64,000 nucleotides of DNA from a virus (taxonomy: Duplodnaviria; Caudoviricetes), in the IMG/VR virus record IMGVR_UViG_2882674194_000007, positions 1 to 64,000 of that record; one strand, given 5' to 3'. Within the stretch, counting starts at the first letter, position 1. The number at the start of each line of letters is the position of its first letter. The notes below the pieces were generated by a model that saw nothing but the letters and a program-made list of their open reading frames with translations, was not told the DNA's origin and ran no database searches. The position numbers and the translations under genes are program-made. This document shows, one piece after another, positions 47,684 through 58,209 of the stretch.

Positions 47684-48310
47684 ATGAAATCATATGTAAA
47701 ATATGTTGAATGTGCAGATTGTGGAAGAAAAATTCCTATTTGCAACGCCCATTACATCAACGGAAAACCTTATGGATATGGTTGCTATAAAAAGCAGGTT
47801 GCATTACTCTATAAGCGATGGGAAGACGAAAAAAACGCCGAATATTCTGTAAAATGTTTCGCTGCTATGCAAGTGTTTCAAGATAAAAAAAGTAATTCCT
47901 TTCATGATTCTATATGTAAGCAATGGAACGAGTGCAAAAAACTAACTGCTAAACAGTTAAATTGCATCATAAACGGATTTACTGATCAGGAAAATATAAA
48001 TTTCTGGATAATATGGCAACAACTTACAAATGACGAATGCTTAAAATGGAGTATTCCGTTATGGGTAGAAAACACCATTTATAAAAATAAAAAAGGTTTT
48101 GCTGATTATATGGAAAATGAGGCGGTTATAAATTGTTTGCTTTATGATCGCACATATAATAAACAAGGTTTTTATTTTTCCCATGATTTAGAAATTGATC
48201 CAGAAAGAGTTTGTATAATGAAAAATGGTAAAAATAATATTTATCTTCAGGAAGATATAGAAGATGAATATATAGAAGTATTAAAAGTAGTTGAGGGCAT
48301 ACGGAAATAA
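47684..48310 (+). CDS. Hypothetical protein with N-terminal Zn finger
   Basis: CADCG...GC; GGAGG RBS. Confidence 0.75.
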   Translation: MKSYVKYVECADCGRKIPICNAHYINGKPYGYGCYKKQVALLYKRWEDEKNAEYSVKCFAAMQVFQDKKSNSFHDSICKQWNECKKLTAKQLNCIINGFTDQENINFWIIWQQLTNDECLKWSIPLWVENTIYKNKKGFADYMENEAVINCLLYDRTYNKQGFYFSHDLEIDPERVCIMKNGKNNIYLQEDIEDEYIEVLKVVEGIRK

Positions 48311-48343
48311 TGTATGTCCTCTTTAAATGGAGGTAGATATTAT

Positions 48344-48490
48344 ATGGAAACAATATGGATTGAGCACGACAATGGGATCAAGGGGCAACATGGATTTTCC
48401 GAAGAAGAAATTTCCTCTGAAGTTGAAATTGATGCTTTGATCAAAAGCTATGAGGATTGCGGGATTGTGGTTTATGGATGGATATATTAA
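48344..48490 (+). CDS. Small acidic protein (48 aa)
   Basis: GGAGG RBS. Confidence 0.6.
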   Translation: METIWIEHDNGIKGQHGFSEEEISSEVEIDALIKSYEDCGIVVYGWIY

Positions 48491-48522
48491 GCAATGAAAC
48501 AATTATTTGAAGGGAGAAAACT

Positions 48523-48690
48523 ATGATCGAATTATGTTATGCAATATCTGATAAAAAGACAGGTGAAGAAGTTCATAGGAATTATGGGAAATTTGATTCC
48601 TTAGATGAATTTTATTCGTATATGAAGTTTAGATTCGGCTACACAAGTAGAAATTATAGCTTTTTGCTTAGTGGAATAGAAATCCAGTAA
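48523..48690 (+). CDS. Small hypothetical protein (55 aa)
   Basis: GGGAG RBS. Confidence 0.6.
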   Translation: MIELCYAISDKKTGEEVHRNYGKFDSLDEFYSYMKFRFGYTSRNYSFLLSGIEIQ

Positions 48691-48808
48691 TCCAGTAAAA
48701 AATATTCTGTCACCACAATAATACTAATATACGGGAAGAGACGAGCTACGCGCCGTCTCTTTTTGTATGGGTTGAGTATGACAGAAGATGAGGAGGACAA
48801 CACTTAAA

Positions 48809-48919
48809 ATGAAACGAATTACCACATATGCAGAATTTCAGGCATTAAAAGCCATTTACAAAGAAGCAAAAGTTGTAAGCGTATCAGATTATGGCGCACT
48901 TATTTTTATAAGAAAATAA
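48809..48919 (+). CDS. Small hypothetical peptide (36 aa)
   Basis: GAGGAGG upstream. Confidence 0.45.
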   Translation: MKRITTYAEFQALKAIYKEAKVVSVSDYGALIFIRK

Positions 48920-48979
48920 AACAGAATGGAGAAGTAGTTATTGATACTGATACATAGACAATCAAAGAAAGGTTAAACG

Positions 48980-50662
48980 GTGGAAATTATGTCAAATTAT
49001 TATGATTATAGAGAAGTAAAGGTTATGATCGCTCACAAACTTATGTCTATGGAAGGCTGGAAAGTATACGGCTATAAAGAAGACAGAAGCGACAGTATGA
49101 CCGATTATTATGATCCTGCTAATTGGGACGGAGTAGCAGAAAAGAACGGCTATATTTTATGCGTAGATGTTTACGGCGCAGCAGAACCGCAGGAAATCAG
49201 AAAATATAATTACTCTGGTTTTACATATGATCGCAGCATAGCGGAAAAAATCAAAAAGTTGGAAGCTATGACCGTTGAACGTGGAGCTTCTGAAGCAGAG
49301 GAAGCAAGCGCAAAATTATCTATTGAACGTTTGCAGAAAAAAGCAGAAGAAGCAACGGAAAACGCAAATAAATATATTGTTGTTGGTACAGTTCCCGGAC
49401 ATATGGCACACCCTCCAAAAATGAATTGGCATATTGAAAAAGATGGGATCATCATTGCAAAGGGTAACGGCATTTTGAAATTTGCCCATATCTGGAAATA
49501 TTACAATTATAACCGTGATATGGAATGGTTAAACGAATATAAGAAGGACAAAAAAGCATATACCGATAAGCACACACAAGACCTTGTAAACCGTGGATAT
49601 TATGACAGTAAGGAAGACGCAAGAAAGAATACAGAAAGACATATTGAGGATTTAGAGGAAGATATTAAGCTGATAGATAAGTTTGAGACATTCATCAATA
49701 AAATTGATACTTCTTGTGGCGGTTTAATTGGAGAAGGTGACGGCACTATCTACGAAAAAGTTACCGTTACAGAATACAAAAAAGAAAATAAAGTTGTAGA
49801 AGATACGACTGGAAGCATTAAAGAGGGTCAGCTTTTCATTCTGAAATCTAATTTTAATTATGGATGTTATAAAGGGCTTGTATATCGTATCCATGAAACA
49901 GAGAGAAACGGACAGAAACATTTTCATGCTTATAAACTAAATGGAAAACTTACAAAGGAATGTACAGGAAACGCAAGCCGTAATAACTATTGGTTTGTTG
50001 GTAGTGGTGATTCTGAATGCCTCACAAAATGGATTGAAAAGGGTTCTATTGCATGGTGTCATATTGAAGAGGTAAAAACGCCATATGAGGTGGAAAAGGT
50101 TGTAAAAAAGACTATTAAAGCAGAAAAGAAAAATACGACATCTACCACAACGGAAACGGCACAAACAGAGGAAACAGACGTAAACGCCTATGCATATGAA
50201 GTATCAGAAGACACGGACACACGTACAGGAGAAAAAATATATCTTGTGAAGGTTGCGGAAAAATTGAGCCGTGAAGAGTATATAACCGTAAACAAGTATA
50301 TTAAATCTTTGGGCGGTTATTACTCGAAATTTAAACACGCCTTCTTATTTAAGGAAAATCCGGCAGAAAAGTTGAACACAACTATAGTGGAAACTACACA
50401 GACGGCAGAACCGGCACAGGAAGCACAAAGCACAAGGGAAGAACCAGAAGCGAAAAAAGAAAGTATTTCCTATACAATTATAGAAGATCAGCACACGCAA
50501 ACACACGCGAAAATCTGGATTGTAAAGCCTGAAAAGGAATTAAACAAGACGGATTTTGCAGAGGTTAAGCGGAAACTTGCAACGCTACAAGGCTACTATA
50601 GCACATTCAAACACGGATTTATTTTTAAATATAATCCAAAGGAAGTATTACAGACTGGATAA
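48980..50662 (+). CDS. Multidomain early protein (DUF2786-like segment, two C-terminal repeated domains; polyvalent-protein-like)
   Basis: KIKKLEAM...GASEAEE; tandem (G/Q)GYYS.FKH.F.FK domains. Confidence 0.75.
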   Translation: MEIMSNYYDYREVKVMIAHKLMSMEGWKVYGYKEDRSDSMTDYYDPANWDGVAEKNGYILCVDVYGAAEPQEIRKYNYSGFTYDRSIAEKIKKLEAMTVERGASEAEEASAKLSIERLQKKAEEATENANKYIVVGTVPGHMAHPPKMNWHIEKDGIIIAKGNGILKFAHIWKYYNYNRDMEWLNEYKKDKKAYTDKHTQDLVNRGYYDSKEDARKNTERHIEDLEEDIKLIDKFETFINKIDTSCGGLIGEGDGTIYEKVTVTEYKKENKVVEDTTGSIKEGQLFILKSNFNYGCYKGLVYRIHETERNGQKHFHAYKLNGKLTKECTGNASRNNYWFVGSGDSECLTKWIEKGSIAWCHIEEVKTPYEVEKVVKKTIKAEKKNTTSTTTETAQTEETDVNAYAYEVSEDTDTRTGEKIYLVKVAEKLSREEYITVNKYIKSLGGYYSKFKHAFLFKENPAEKLNTTIVETTQTAEPAQEAQSTREEPEAKKESISYTIIEDQHTQTHAKIWIVKPEKELNKTDFAEVKRKLATLQGYYSTFKHGFIFKYNPKEVLQTG

Positions 50663-50716
50663 TATAAAGGCGGTTGAAATATACCGACTTGCATAATGAA
50701 AGGAATGATTTTTTAT

Positions 50717-52357
50717 ATGTTTACAGGTAATAAAGACTTTTACCCTACACCACAAAATATTATTGACAAGATGCTTTTTGATTTAGATTTTACAATGATA
50801 AAAAGTATTTTGGAACCATCGGCGGGTAAGGGGGATATAGTTGAGACATTAAAGAAGAAAGAAGGAAACCATAATAAATATTATGGCAAACAATACTATC
50901 AGTTTGATATTGATTGTATAGAAGCTGATCAGAATCTGCAGCATATTCTTAAAGGGAAAAATTTCCGTGTTGTTTATAATGATTTTCTTACATATAACAC
51001 GATGAAGGAATACGATCTAATTATTATGAATCCGCCTTTTTCTAACGGTTGCAAACATCTTTTAAAGGCTTTAGAAATGCAACAAAGAAATGGCGGTGCG
51101 GTTGTGTGTCTTCTCAATGCGGAAACTTTAAAAAATCTATGTACAAATGATAGGCAGTATTTACAGCGTAAACTCACAGAATATAACGCAAAAATTGAGT
51201 TTATACAAAATGCTTTTCTGGATGCGGAACGGAAAACGGCGGTTGAAATTGCGCTTGTAAAGGTTCAGCTTCCAGAGGTGCAAAGAGAATCTTTTATATT
51301 GGAAAGATTAAGAAAAGCAAAAGATCAAAAAGAATTTCAGGCAGAGGAAAGCACAAAACTAATTGATAGTGATTTTTTCAAGGCTATTGTAAAACAATAT
51401 CAGTTAGAAGTGGAAGCAGGAATAAAATTGATTAAAGAATATTATGCAATGCAGCCGTTTATTTTGTCACAGTTTGGAAAAGACGAAAAGACAGGGGAAA
51501 CGATACAAAAAGGCGGCTGTATTATCTCCATGACTTGTAGTAAAAATGGGCTTTCTGTTAATGAATATATAAAAATGGTGCGGAGTAAATATTGGAATGC
51601 ACTTTTTGAAAATAAAAGATTTATAGGGCAGCTTACAAATAATCTGCAAAGAGATTTTTATAATAAAGTGGAAGAATTAAGTAACTATGATTTTTCACTT
51701 TATAATATCTACCAGTTAAAAATTGATATACAGAAAAAAGTTGTTAAAGGAATAGAGGATACCATAATAGATCTTTTTGATGAATTAAGTTATAAATACC
51801 ATTGGCTTGATGAAACGTCAAAAAACATTCACTATTACAATGGATGGAAAACAAACAAGGGATGGATAATCAATAAAAAAGTGATTATTCCTTTAAATGG
51901 TTTTTATGACCTTAATTATTCATGGGGAGGATTCAGACCGTCAAGGCATGATGTTGTAAGTAAATTACAGGATATAGAAAAATGTTTTAACTATCTTGAT
52001 GGAGGGCTAACAGAAGCGGTTGATCTGGAAGAATCCCTAAAGTTTGCAGAGGAATACGGAGAGACAAAGAATATACAGTTAAAGTATTTTACTGTCACAT
52101 TCTACAAAAAAGGTACATGTCATATTGTATTTAACAATGACGAGTTACTGAAAAAATTTAATATATTTGGTTCTCAGCACAAAGGATGGTTGCCACCTTC
52201 CTACGGAAAGAAGGATTATAAAAATATGACAGCAGAAGAAAAAGCAGTTGTAAATGAGTTTGAAGGAGAAAAAGAGTATAGCAAAGTTATTTCTAATAAA
52301 GAGTATTACTTGTTTGATGGAAATAATCTGAATTTACTGGAAGAGAAAACGGCATAA
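50717..52357 (+). CDS. N6-adenine DNA methyltransferase with DUF4942 domain
   Basis: DFYPTP, LEPSAGKG, MNPPF, FYKKGTCHI. Confidence 0.85.
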   Translation: MFTGNKDFYPTPQNIIDKMLFDLDFTMIKSILEPSAGKGDIVETLKKKEGNHNKYYGKQYYQFDIDCIEADQNLQHILKGKNFRVVYNDFLTYNTMKEYDLIIMNPPFSNGCKHLLKALEMQQRNGGAVVCLLNAETLKNLCTNDRQYLQRKLTEYNAKIEFIQNAFLDAERKTAVEIALVKVQLPEVQRESFILERLRKAKDQKEFQAEESTKLIDSDFFKAIVKQYQLEVEAGIKLIKEYYAMQPFILSQFGKDEKTGETIQKGGCIISMTCSKNGLSVNEYIKMVRSKYWNALFENKRFIGQLTNNLQRDFYNKVEELSNYDFSLYNIYQLKIDIQKKVVKGIEDTIIDLFDELSYKYHWLDETSKNIHYYNGWKTNKGWIINKKVIIPLNGFYDLNYSWGGFRPSRHDVVSKLQDIEKCFNYLDGGLTEAVDLEESLKFAEEYGETKNIQLKYFTVTFYKKGTCHIVFNNDELLKKFNIFGSQHKGWLPPSYGKKDYKNMTAEEKAVVNEFEGEKEYSKVISNKEYYLFDGNNLNLLEEKTA

Positions 52358-52391
52358 AGCCGATGAAATTGTAATTTGAAGGGAAAAACAC

Positions 52392-52595
52392 ATGAACACA
52401 ATACCACGATATATGAAAGAGTATGCTAATGCGCAGCGCAAAAGCTATATGAACAATGAATTAATGCAGAAAAAGTACAAAGATGCAGCCGTGGAAATTA
52501 TAGAACGTATTTTAAAAAATGTGGAGCATGGATTCATTACAATAGATGAGGGGATGAAAGCGTTATGTGATCCGCTTGATGGAATAGTTTTGTAG
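52392..52595 (+). CDS. Hypothetical protein
   Basis: RBS, early operon. Confidence 0.7.
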   Translation: MNTIPRYMKEYANAQRKSYMNNELMQKKYKDAAVEIIERILKNVEHGFITIDEGMKALCDPLDGIVL

Positions 52596-52680
52596 GCAGT
52601 TAGAACGGCTATTGAGAATATAAGGATATAGCCGTTTTATAGTGCTTATAAATTTCATAATAAGTAGAGAGGAAAACACT

Positions 52681-53103
52681 ATGAAGAAAATAACTAAGAC
52701 TATTTTAAAAATTGCAGTTATCGGAACCATGCTTGCTAGTGCTTATCTGTTAGGCACTACACGCACAGAGACTGTCATAGAGACACAGAAAGTCATTGAG
52801 ATGGTGGAAGTTATACCAGATGGTTATATCGGCTTAAATGAGGCTATACCACTGGAAGATGTGGCTTGCTGGTTCATGGATGGATATGACTACCCATGTT
52901 TTGAACTGAAAGACGTGGCTACACAGTACAACGCAGATAATACGCGATCATATGCGGATATTCTGGAAACATTACCAGACCATACAGCCGAATTTCAAGA
53001 AAATTTCATTGATATGCGAATGGTGGATGACTTTGTAGCCACGGAAAACGGCTTACACCTCTATTTTGAGGATGGAACAGGCCACTACATAGAAATAGAT
53101 TAA
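52681..53103 (+). CDS. Secreted/membrane-anchored hypothetical protein
   Basis: Signal-like N-terminus MKKITK... Confidence 0.7.
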   Translation: MKKITKTILKIAVIGTMLASAYLLGTTRTETVIETQKVIEMVEVIPDGYIGLNEAIPLEDVACWFMDGYDYPCFELKDVATQYNADNTRSYADILETLPDHTAEFQENFIDMRMVDDFVATENGLHLYFEDGTGHYIEID

Positions 53104-53134
53104 GAAAGTACATAGAGGAGGGCAAAAAAGGGAA

Positions 53135-53368
53135 ATGATGGCACAATTCAAATATACAGAAATTACAACGCGATCTGGTAATACGAAAGTATGTGTCTTT
53201 CGGAAAGTAAAAACAATGTCACCGTATAAAAAACGATGGCTTATACAGAAAATCCTAGGCGCTGTGCTGATTGTTGCTTGTGTAGCCGGATGTTGTAACA
53301 TGCCAGAAGATTGCGGAGGTTTTATTGTAGGTGGATTAATGGGGATAGTAAGGGTTGTTTGTGATTAA
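53135..53368 (+). CDS. Small membrane protein
   Basis: Two hydrophobic segments. Confidence 0.65.
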   Translation: MMAQFKYTEITTRSGNTKVCVFRKVKTMSPYKKRWLIQKILGAVLIVACVAGCCNMPEDCGGFIVGGLMGIVRVVCD

Positions 53369-53394
53369 CAATAGTAGAAGGGAGATTTTGAACT

Positions 53395-53637
53395 ATGACT
53401 AAAATAGAATATAGTAAATGTGTGAAACTTATGGAAGAAGCCATCTGGAAAGCCAATAATTCTAATGAGGATTATAGGGCATATGAGCGTTTGAAAAAAG
53501 AAGGGAAAAGTGTTGATGCAGAATGTAAGTTACGTGTAGCAGATCAAGAAATTGGATATGCAGAAGGAATAAATCAGGCACTTGCTACACTTGGCTTTAA
53601 ACATGACAGAATGAAGGAATTATCTGAGTTGCTGTAA
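53395..53637 (+). CDS. Hypothetical protein
   Basis: RBS. Confidence 0.7.
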   Translation: MTKIEYSKCVKLMEEAIWKANNSNEDYRAYERLKKEGKSVDAECKLRVADQEIGYAEGINQALATLGFKHDRMKELSELL

Positions 53638-53665
53638 ATCGTGTATTTCATTGGAGGGAATAAAG

Positions 53666-53935
53666 GTGGAAAGGGTTTTAATTTTTAAATATCCGATTGA
53701 ATTTTCGGATAAAGTAAAGCAAATAAAAGAAGCATTTAAAATTCATAACATAGAGTTTATATGTTATGAATCAAACGGATATTATGATCATGAATTTATG
53801 GTCAGAAAGTCAGGTAAAAGATGGAATGATATATATACTATTATTAATTCTGTTAGACCAGCAAAGTATGAGTTTAAGAAGACTTGTATTGAAGTGATAA
53901 ATGGAGAATTAAAAGAGATAGTATATTGTCAATGA
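53666..53935 (+). CDS. Hypothetical protein
   Basis: GGAGG RBS then GTG. Confidence 0.65.
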   Translation: MERVLIFKYPIEFSDKVKQIKEAFKIHNIEFICYESNGYYDHEFMVRKSGKRWNDIYTIINSVRPAKYEFKKTCIEVINGELKEIVYCQ

Positions 53936-53967
53936 AACTACTGATTCAACCATAGAAGGGATAAAGC

Positions 53968-54153
53968 ATGAAAAAATATGGATTCAAAAAATTAAATAAT
54001 GGATGGCGTTTCAAAATCGGTGGAACGTCTGGAGAAGCGTTTGGAATTACACTAAGATATTTTAATAAATGTGGCTTTCGGCTTCTAATAAATTTTAATA
54101 CGGATTTTCTTATAAATCTTTTTGGATTCAATCAAAAGATTATTGGTGTTTGA
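53968..54153 (+). CDS. Hypothetical protein
   Basis: RBS. Confidence 0.55.
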   Translation: MKKYGFKKLNNGWRFKIGGTSGEAFGITLRYFNKCGFRLLINFNTDFLINLFGFNQKIIGV

Positions 54154-54334
54154 AAGCTCCTACAAGTCCATTTAAAGCCTTAAATCAGCGCATATGCAAA
54201 TATGTATGTGCGTTGCATTAAGTCCTTAAATAAGGCAAATAAACAGTATAGAAAGAGAAGTATAGAGCAAGTGACAAGTGGAAATGTTGCTTGCTTTTAT
54301 TATTGGAAAATCAAATAGAATGGAGGAAATTTTT

Positions 54335-54979
54335 ATGCGTACAGTAACAGAAACTTACAATGTGTATACTTATCCTGAGTTGTCGGAGGAAGCAAAAGAA
54401 AAAGTTAATCAGTGGTATCTTGATGATCCGTGCAGAAATGACGAATTTTCGGAAATTTACACAGAGGATTTACACAATCTTTTCCCGGGAAGTGATTTAA
54501 AGATGCAATATTCATTATCATATTGTCAGGGAGACGGTTTAAATATTTACGGAGAACTTGACTTGATGGATGTATTTAAGGCAATCCGGAACAAGTTATA
54601 TTGTGGTGAAACATTCAAGGATTTTTGGGATTATATGACGGAACATGAGCAGAAGACCATAGAGGCATATATGGAAGTTTGTGGAAGAACTGTTACATTG
54701 CCTTATAATGACGGACATTATAATTATTGCGTATCTGATAAGACGGATTTTGCTGAAGGTTGGATATATGATCTTGAATATCAGCAGTATAAAAATATTC
54801 AGGTTGACACAATCCGAAAAATGGAAAAATTAGTTGCTGATATGTTTGTAATGCTTTCTAAACAATATGAAGAATACGGCTATAAATATTTTTATGAAGC
54901 GGATGAAGAAGAAGTAACAGAAACTTGTGAAGCTAATGGATGGGAATTTTTAGAAGATGGAACATTCTATGCAGCATAA
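54335..54979 (+). CDS. Acidic hypothetical phage protein
   Basis: GGAGG RBS; ELSEEAKEK...QGDG...EF.EDG. Confidence 0.75.
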   Translation: MRTVTETYNVYTYPELSEEAKEKVNQWYLDDPCRNDEFSEIYTEDLHNLFPGSDLKMQYSLSYCQGDGLNIYGELDLMDVFKAIRNKLYCGETFKDFWDYMTEHEQKTIEAYMEVCGRTVTLPYNDGHYNYCVSDKTDFAEGWIYDLEYQQYKNIQVDTIRKMEKLVADMFVMLSKQYEEYGYKYFYEADEEEVTETCEANGWEFLEDGTFYAA

Positions 54980-54991
54980 GGAGGGCAAGAC

Positions 54992-55222
54992 ATGAGCACA
55001 AACGACTACATAAGGCAATCAGCAAATAAATACCATTGGCACAAATATTATTCTGTTATGCGTCCTGTAAGTATCGGAACGCATCCTAAAAATGGAATGA
55101 TGGATTTTATCAACTATGATTGCAGAACGGAAGTAAATGGGCGTATGGTATGGGCTGAGTTGTACTATAACCGGGAATTGACACAGAATGAAATGGAAGA
55201 ATTTGAGATGATCAGAGGATAG
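54992..55222 (+). CDS. DarA C-terminal-like domain protein (anti-restriction-associated)
   Basis: RPVSIGTHPK...WAELYYNRELT..EMEEFEM. Confidence 0.6.
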   Translation: MSTNDYIRQSANKYHWHKYYSVMRPVSIGTHPKNGMMDFINYDCRTEVNGRMVWAELYYNRELTQNEMEEFEMIRG

Positions 55223-55234
55223 GGAGGAGATAAC

Positions 55235-55456
55235 ATGAAACATAAAGAACTTTATGATGCTATTACAGATTTTCGGATAAAATATGGTAGCCGGAAATTT
55301 AATGATGATGAAAATATGACAGCATATAGAAATCTTGTTGATATGTCTATTAAGTGTGGAATTATACCAGAATGTAATAGGAAAGAATATTCTACACATG
55401 GGAGATTAATGGCAGCTATCACATATGAAGGTAATAGAATAGCATTTTGCCAATGA
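55235..55456 (+). CDS. Hypothetical protein
   Basis: GGAGG RBS. Confidence 0.7.
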   Translation: MKHKELYDAITDFRIKYGSRKFNDDENMTAYRNLVDMSIKCGIIPECNRKEYSTHGRLMAAITYEGNRIAFCQ

Positions 55457-55483
55457 AAGAATCGTTTGAACGGAGGAAAATTT

Positions 55484-55729
55484 ATGAGTAAAACAACAGA
55501 ATGTAAATTAGTGAGCGTAATTACGGAATATTGGTTTAAATGCATTTCGAAAGAAGATGACAGACAAGCAGATAGAGATATAAATAATTTGCTTGAAATT
55601 TTTGTAAGAGATTGTAATGTGTCATATTATTATGATGATTTAGATAGAACGATTTTTAATCTTACAAATTCACAGAAGCGCAAATTATATAAGAATATGT
55701 TAAATAGTGGTATTCTTGAAAGACAATAA
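55484..55729 (+). CDS. Hypothetical protein
   Basis: GGAGG RBS. Confidence 0.7.
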   Translation: MSKTTECKLVSVITEYWFKCISKEDDRQADRDINNLLEIFVRDCNVSYYYDDLDRTIFNLTNSQKRKLYKNMLNSGILERQ

Positions 55730-55844
55730 ATTGTATTTATAACCAGTTAGAAGGCATTAGCGGAAATATTCGTTAGTGCCTTCTATAGTGGATATAAACA
55801 CAGAATAAATGGAGAAATAGAGAGTGGAAAGGATGGTTTTTACT

Positions 55845-56369
55845 ATGGGAAACAAAACATTATTAGAAAGATTTACAGAGCTTGCAAACAATAGAAAAGC
55901 GGAAATTATAGAATTACAAAATATGTACTTACTGAAACAGATTGAAAATGAAATGGTTCAGGAACGATTTAAGGAAGTAGATAATAAAGTATTAGCAGAG
56001 AATCCCTTTTACTCTAACCGTGATTGCGAACGGAGCGAAAGCGGAAATAAAATTTCTAAAGGTGATAGGATTCTTTCAAGTGACGATCAGTGGCTTATGA
56101 ATATAGAGGATTATGATAAATTTCTGGAAATTTGCAAAAAAGAGAATTATGTTGTTGGTCTTACTGATGAAGAAGGAAGATATACAGAGGAAACTAATAC
56201 GGAAAATCAGTTAAAAGATATTAAGGAAAAGCTGATCCGTTTGTCAGTGGAAATTTTACCAGAGGATTTTCCTAACAAAAAGTTGTTAGAGGATGCTATT
56301 GAGTATAAGGGATGTCAGTCTTATAAAACACGAGAAACACTTTTTGAATTTGTTATGAAATTGAGATAA
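55845..56369 (+). CDS. Hypothetical protein
   Basis: RBS, helical. Confidence 0.7.
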   Translation: MGNKTLLERFTELANNRKAEIIELQNMYLLKQIENEMVQERFKEVDNKVLAENPFYSNRDCERSESGNKISKGDRILSSDDQWLMNIEDYDKFLEICKKENYVVGLTDEEGRYTEETNTENQLKDIKEKLIRLSVEILPEDFPNKKLLEDAIEYKGCQSYKTRETLFEFVMKLR

Positions 56370-56404
56370 ACGGATGAATCAATGGATTCATGGAAGGAGA
56401 AGTT

Positions 56405-56569
56405 ATGAGAGGGATCAAGAATCCGAATGTGGATATTAAAACAGACGGAAATGATATTATTGTAACAGATGGAAAGACGGAATATTTTCGGAAACCAAAA
56501 ACGAAACAGACAGTTGCTATTGCACATGATATTTATTTTGCAGAAAAGTATATGGATTTGGAGGAATGA
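56405..56569 (+). CDS. Small hypothetical protein (54 aa)
   Basis: AAGGAG RBS, ATGA coupling to next gene. Confidence 0.6.
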   Translation: MRGIKNPNVDIKTDGNDIIVTDGKTEYFRKPKTKQTVAIAHDIYFAEKYMDLEE

Positions 56570-56817
56570 TCATGAAAAAATATTCATATGCGGTGGAAAA
56601 CCATTTCCAAAACGTCATTAAAAAATCGTGGAGTTGGGGAAAATTGACAAAGGAAGAACGCCAACGATTTATTGATATGAATGTATTTGACAAGATAAAA
56701 GGAAACGATCAGACAAGAATAGAGTGGTTAAATACTATATATCAATCTTTCTTGGCTGCATTGGATTTTAAACCTATCGGATGGAGAGAAGAGGAAAAAG
56801 ATATTCCTCAATTTTAA
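56566..56817 (+). CDS. Hypothetical protein
   Basis: GGAGG RBS. Confidence 0.7.
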   Translation: MIMKKYSYAVENHFQNVIKKSWSWGKLTKEERQRFIDMNVFDKIKGNDQTRIEWLNTIYQSFLAALDFKPIGWREEEKDIPQF

Positions 56818-56867
56818 GTAACAAAAGGCAAGGAAATAATGATTTTAAGTAGAAAGAGAGGAAAACT

Positions 56868-57392
56868 ATGAAAAACAGAGTTATGAATTATAAAGGATAT
56901 GTTATCAGTACAGAAGAAGGAATAGAAAAGGGATTATTTTTTAGGAATCCATTACAGGAAGCTAGTTTTGATGCTTATTATGATGAACCTAAAATGTCGG
57001 CATGGAAATATTTGTATGATATTAAAAATCCTTTTAGAAGGGTTTTTGAAATCCTGATCGGCAATGGAAACATTGTTAAAAATATCAAAGAATGGTCTAA
57101 TGATGCGGATTGGGGAGGATTTACAGGAAATATTTTGTGTTGCCCGATTTATTTCAAGAGAGAATACAGGCGGTTAAACGCCGTATCAAGTGGAAGTGAC
57201 AACATTCAGGAAATTAATTCTTATGGATATGAGGGCGAATTTGAAATTTGTGCTGGGCATTGTAAGACGGAAAAAACTGTCATTAAAATGAAGAATGGAA
57301 AGAAGATCAGAATTAAAAGAGGTAAATCATATCATTTCACATATGAACATTTTGTAAAAGAAATTATTGATACGGGTGTTATCAGCGAATAA
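56868..57392 (+). CDS. Hypothetical protein
   Basis: GAGG RBS. Confidence 0.7.
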   Translation: MKNRVMNYKGYVISTEEGIEKGLFFRNPLQEASFDAYYDEPKMSAWKYLYDIKNPFRRVFEILIGNGNIVKNIKEWSNDADWGGFTGNILCCPIYFKREYRRLNAVSSGSDNIQEINSYGYEGEFEICAGHCKTEKTVIKMKNGKKIRIKRGKSYHFTYEHFVKEIIDTGVISE

Positions 57393-57426
57393 AAGTCAAT
57401 AAAAACACAATTTTGAGGAGGAATAT

Positions 57427-57597
57427 ATGATTAAGGCTGGGATAATTAGATAATTTGATGATCTTGGAAGAATTGTAATTCCTAGATCGGTAAGACAGGA
57501 AGTTTTTGGAACAAGTAAAAATGAAGGGAAATCAATGAAAATTTTTTATGAAAAAGATGGAACAATTATACTTAAACCAATAAAAGTGGAGGGATAA
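57427..57597 (+). pseudogene. AbrB/SpoVT-family regulator with in-frame TAA at codon 9
   Basis: MIKAGIIR*FDDLGRIVIPRSVR...; strong GAGGAGG RBS; stop at 57451-57453. Confidence 0.8.
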
Positions 57598-57601
57598 TAA
57601 T

Positions 57602-57844
57602 ATGGCTCAATATGGAATAAGTGTAAGGGAAATTTTGAAGAGAACTGTTATTGTAGAAGCGGAAAGTCTTGAGGAAGCAATACAGAAAGTAGAAGATGCT
57701 GTGGAACGTGAGGAAATCATTCTGGATGTAGATGATTATGACGATCGGGAAATTGTACCGTCTGAATATTTTGGTAACGGCTCAGGAGAAGTTCCTGAAG
57801 GGGAAGATGTTAGTTCCTATTGGCACATTGGAGAAGATAATTGA
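57602..57844 (+). CDS. DpnD/PcfM-like protein
   Basis: Y.ISVRE.L.RTVIVEAESLEEA...IILD.DD. Confidence 0.7.
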   Translation: MAQYGISVREILKRTVIVEAESLEEAIQKVEDAVEREEIILDVDDYDDREIVPSEYFGNGSGEVPEGEDVSSYWHIGEDN

Positions 57845-57878
57845 GTACTTAGATTCAGGATTTTGTGAGGGAATAAAT

Positions 57879-58157
57879 ATGTGTAAATATTGTGAAAGAG
57901 AAATATGTGAATCATGTACAACGAATAGAGGATCTACTAATTGTTTACATTGCGAGCAACATGACGAGTATACATTCAAATGGAATTATTGTCCTATGTG
58001 TGGCGAATTATATAGAACTTGGGAAAATGGGCATGAATATGTAAGAAATCATTATTTAGATTTGGATAAAATTCGTGCGTATGAATCAAAAACAGCACCA
58101 CATAAAGTACATATTCTTTTGATTGATGAAAATGGGAATAAAGAATTTACTTTTTAA
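57879..58157 (+). CDS. Cys-rich zinc-binding protein
   Basis: MCKYC...NYCPMCG. Confidence 0.7.
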   Translation: MCKYCEREICESCTTNRGSTNCLHCEQHDEYTFKWNYCPMCGELYRTWENGHEYVRNHYLDLDKIRAYESKTAPHKVHILLIDENGNKEFTF

Positions 58158-58209
58158 TGTTTTGAAATCGGAATTTCAATGGCAAATAAAGAAAAGAGAG
58201 GATATTAAA

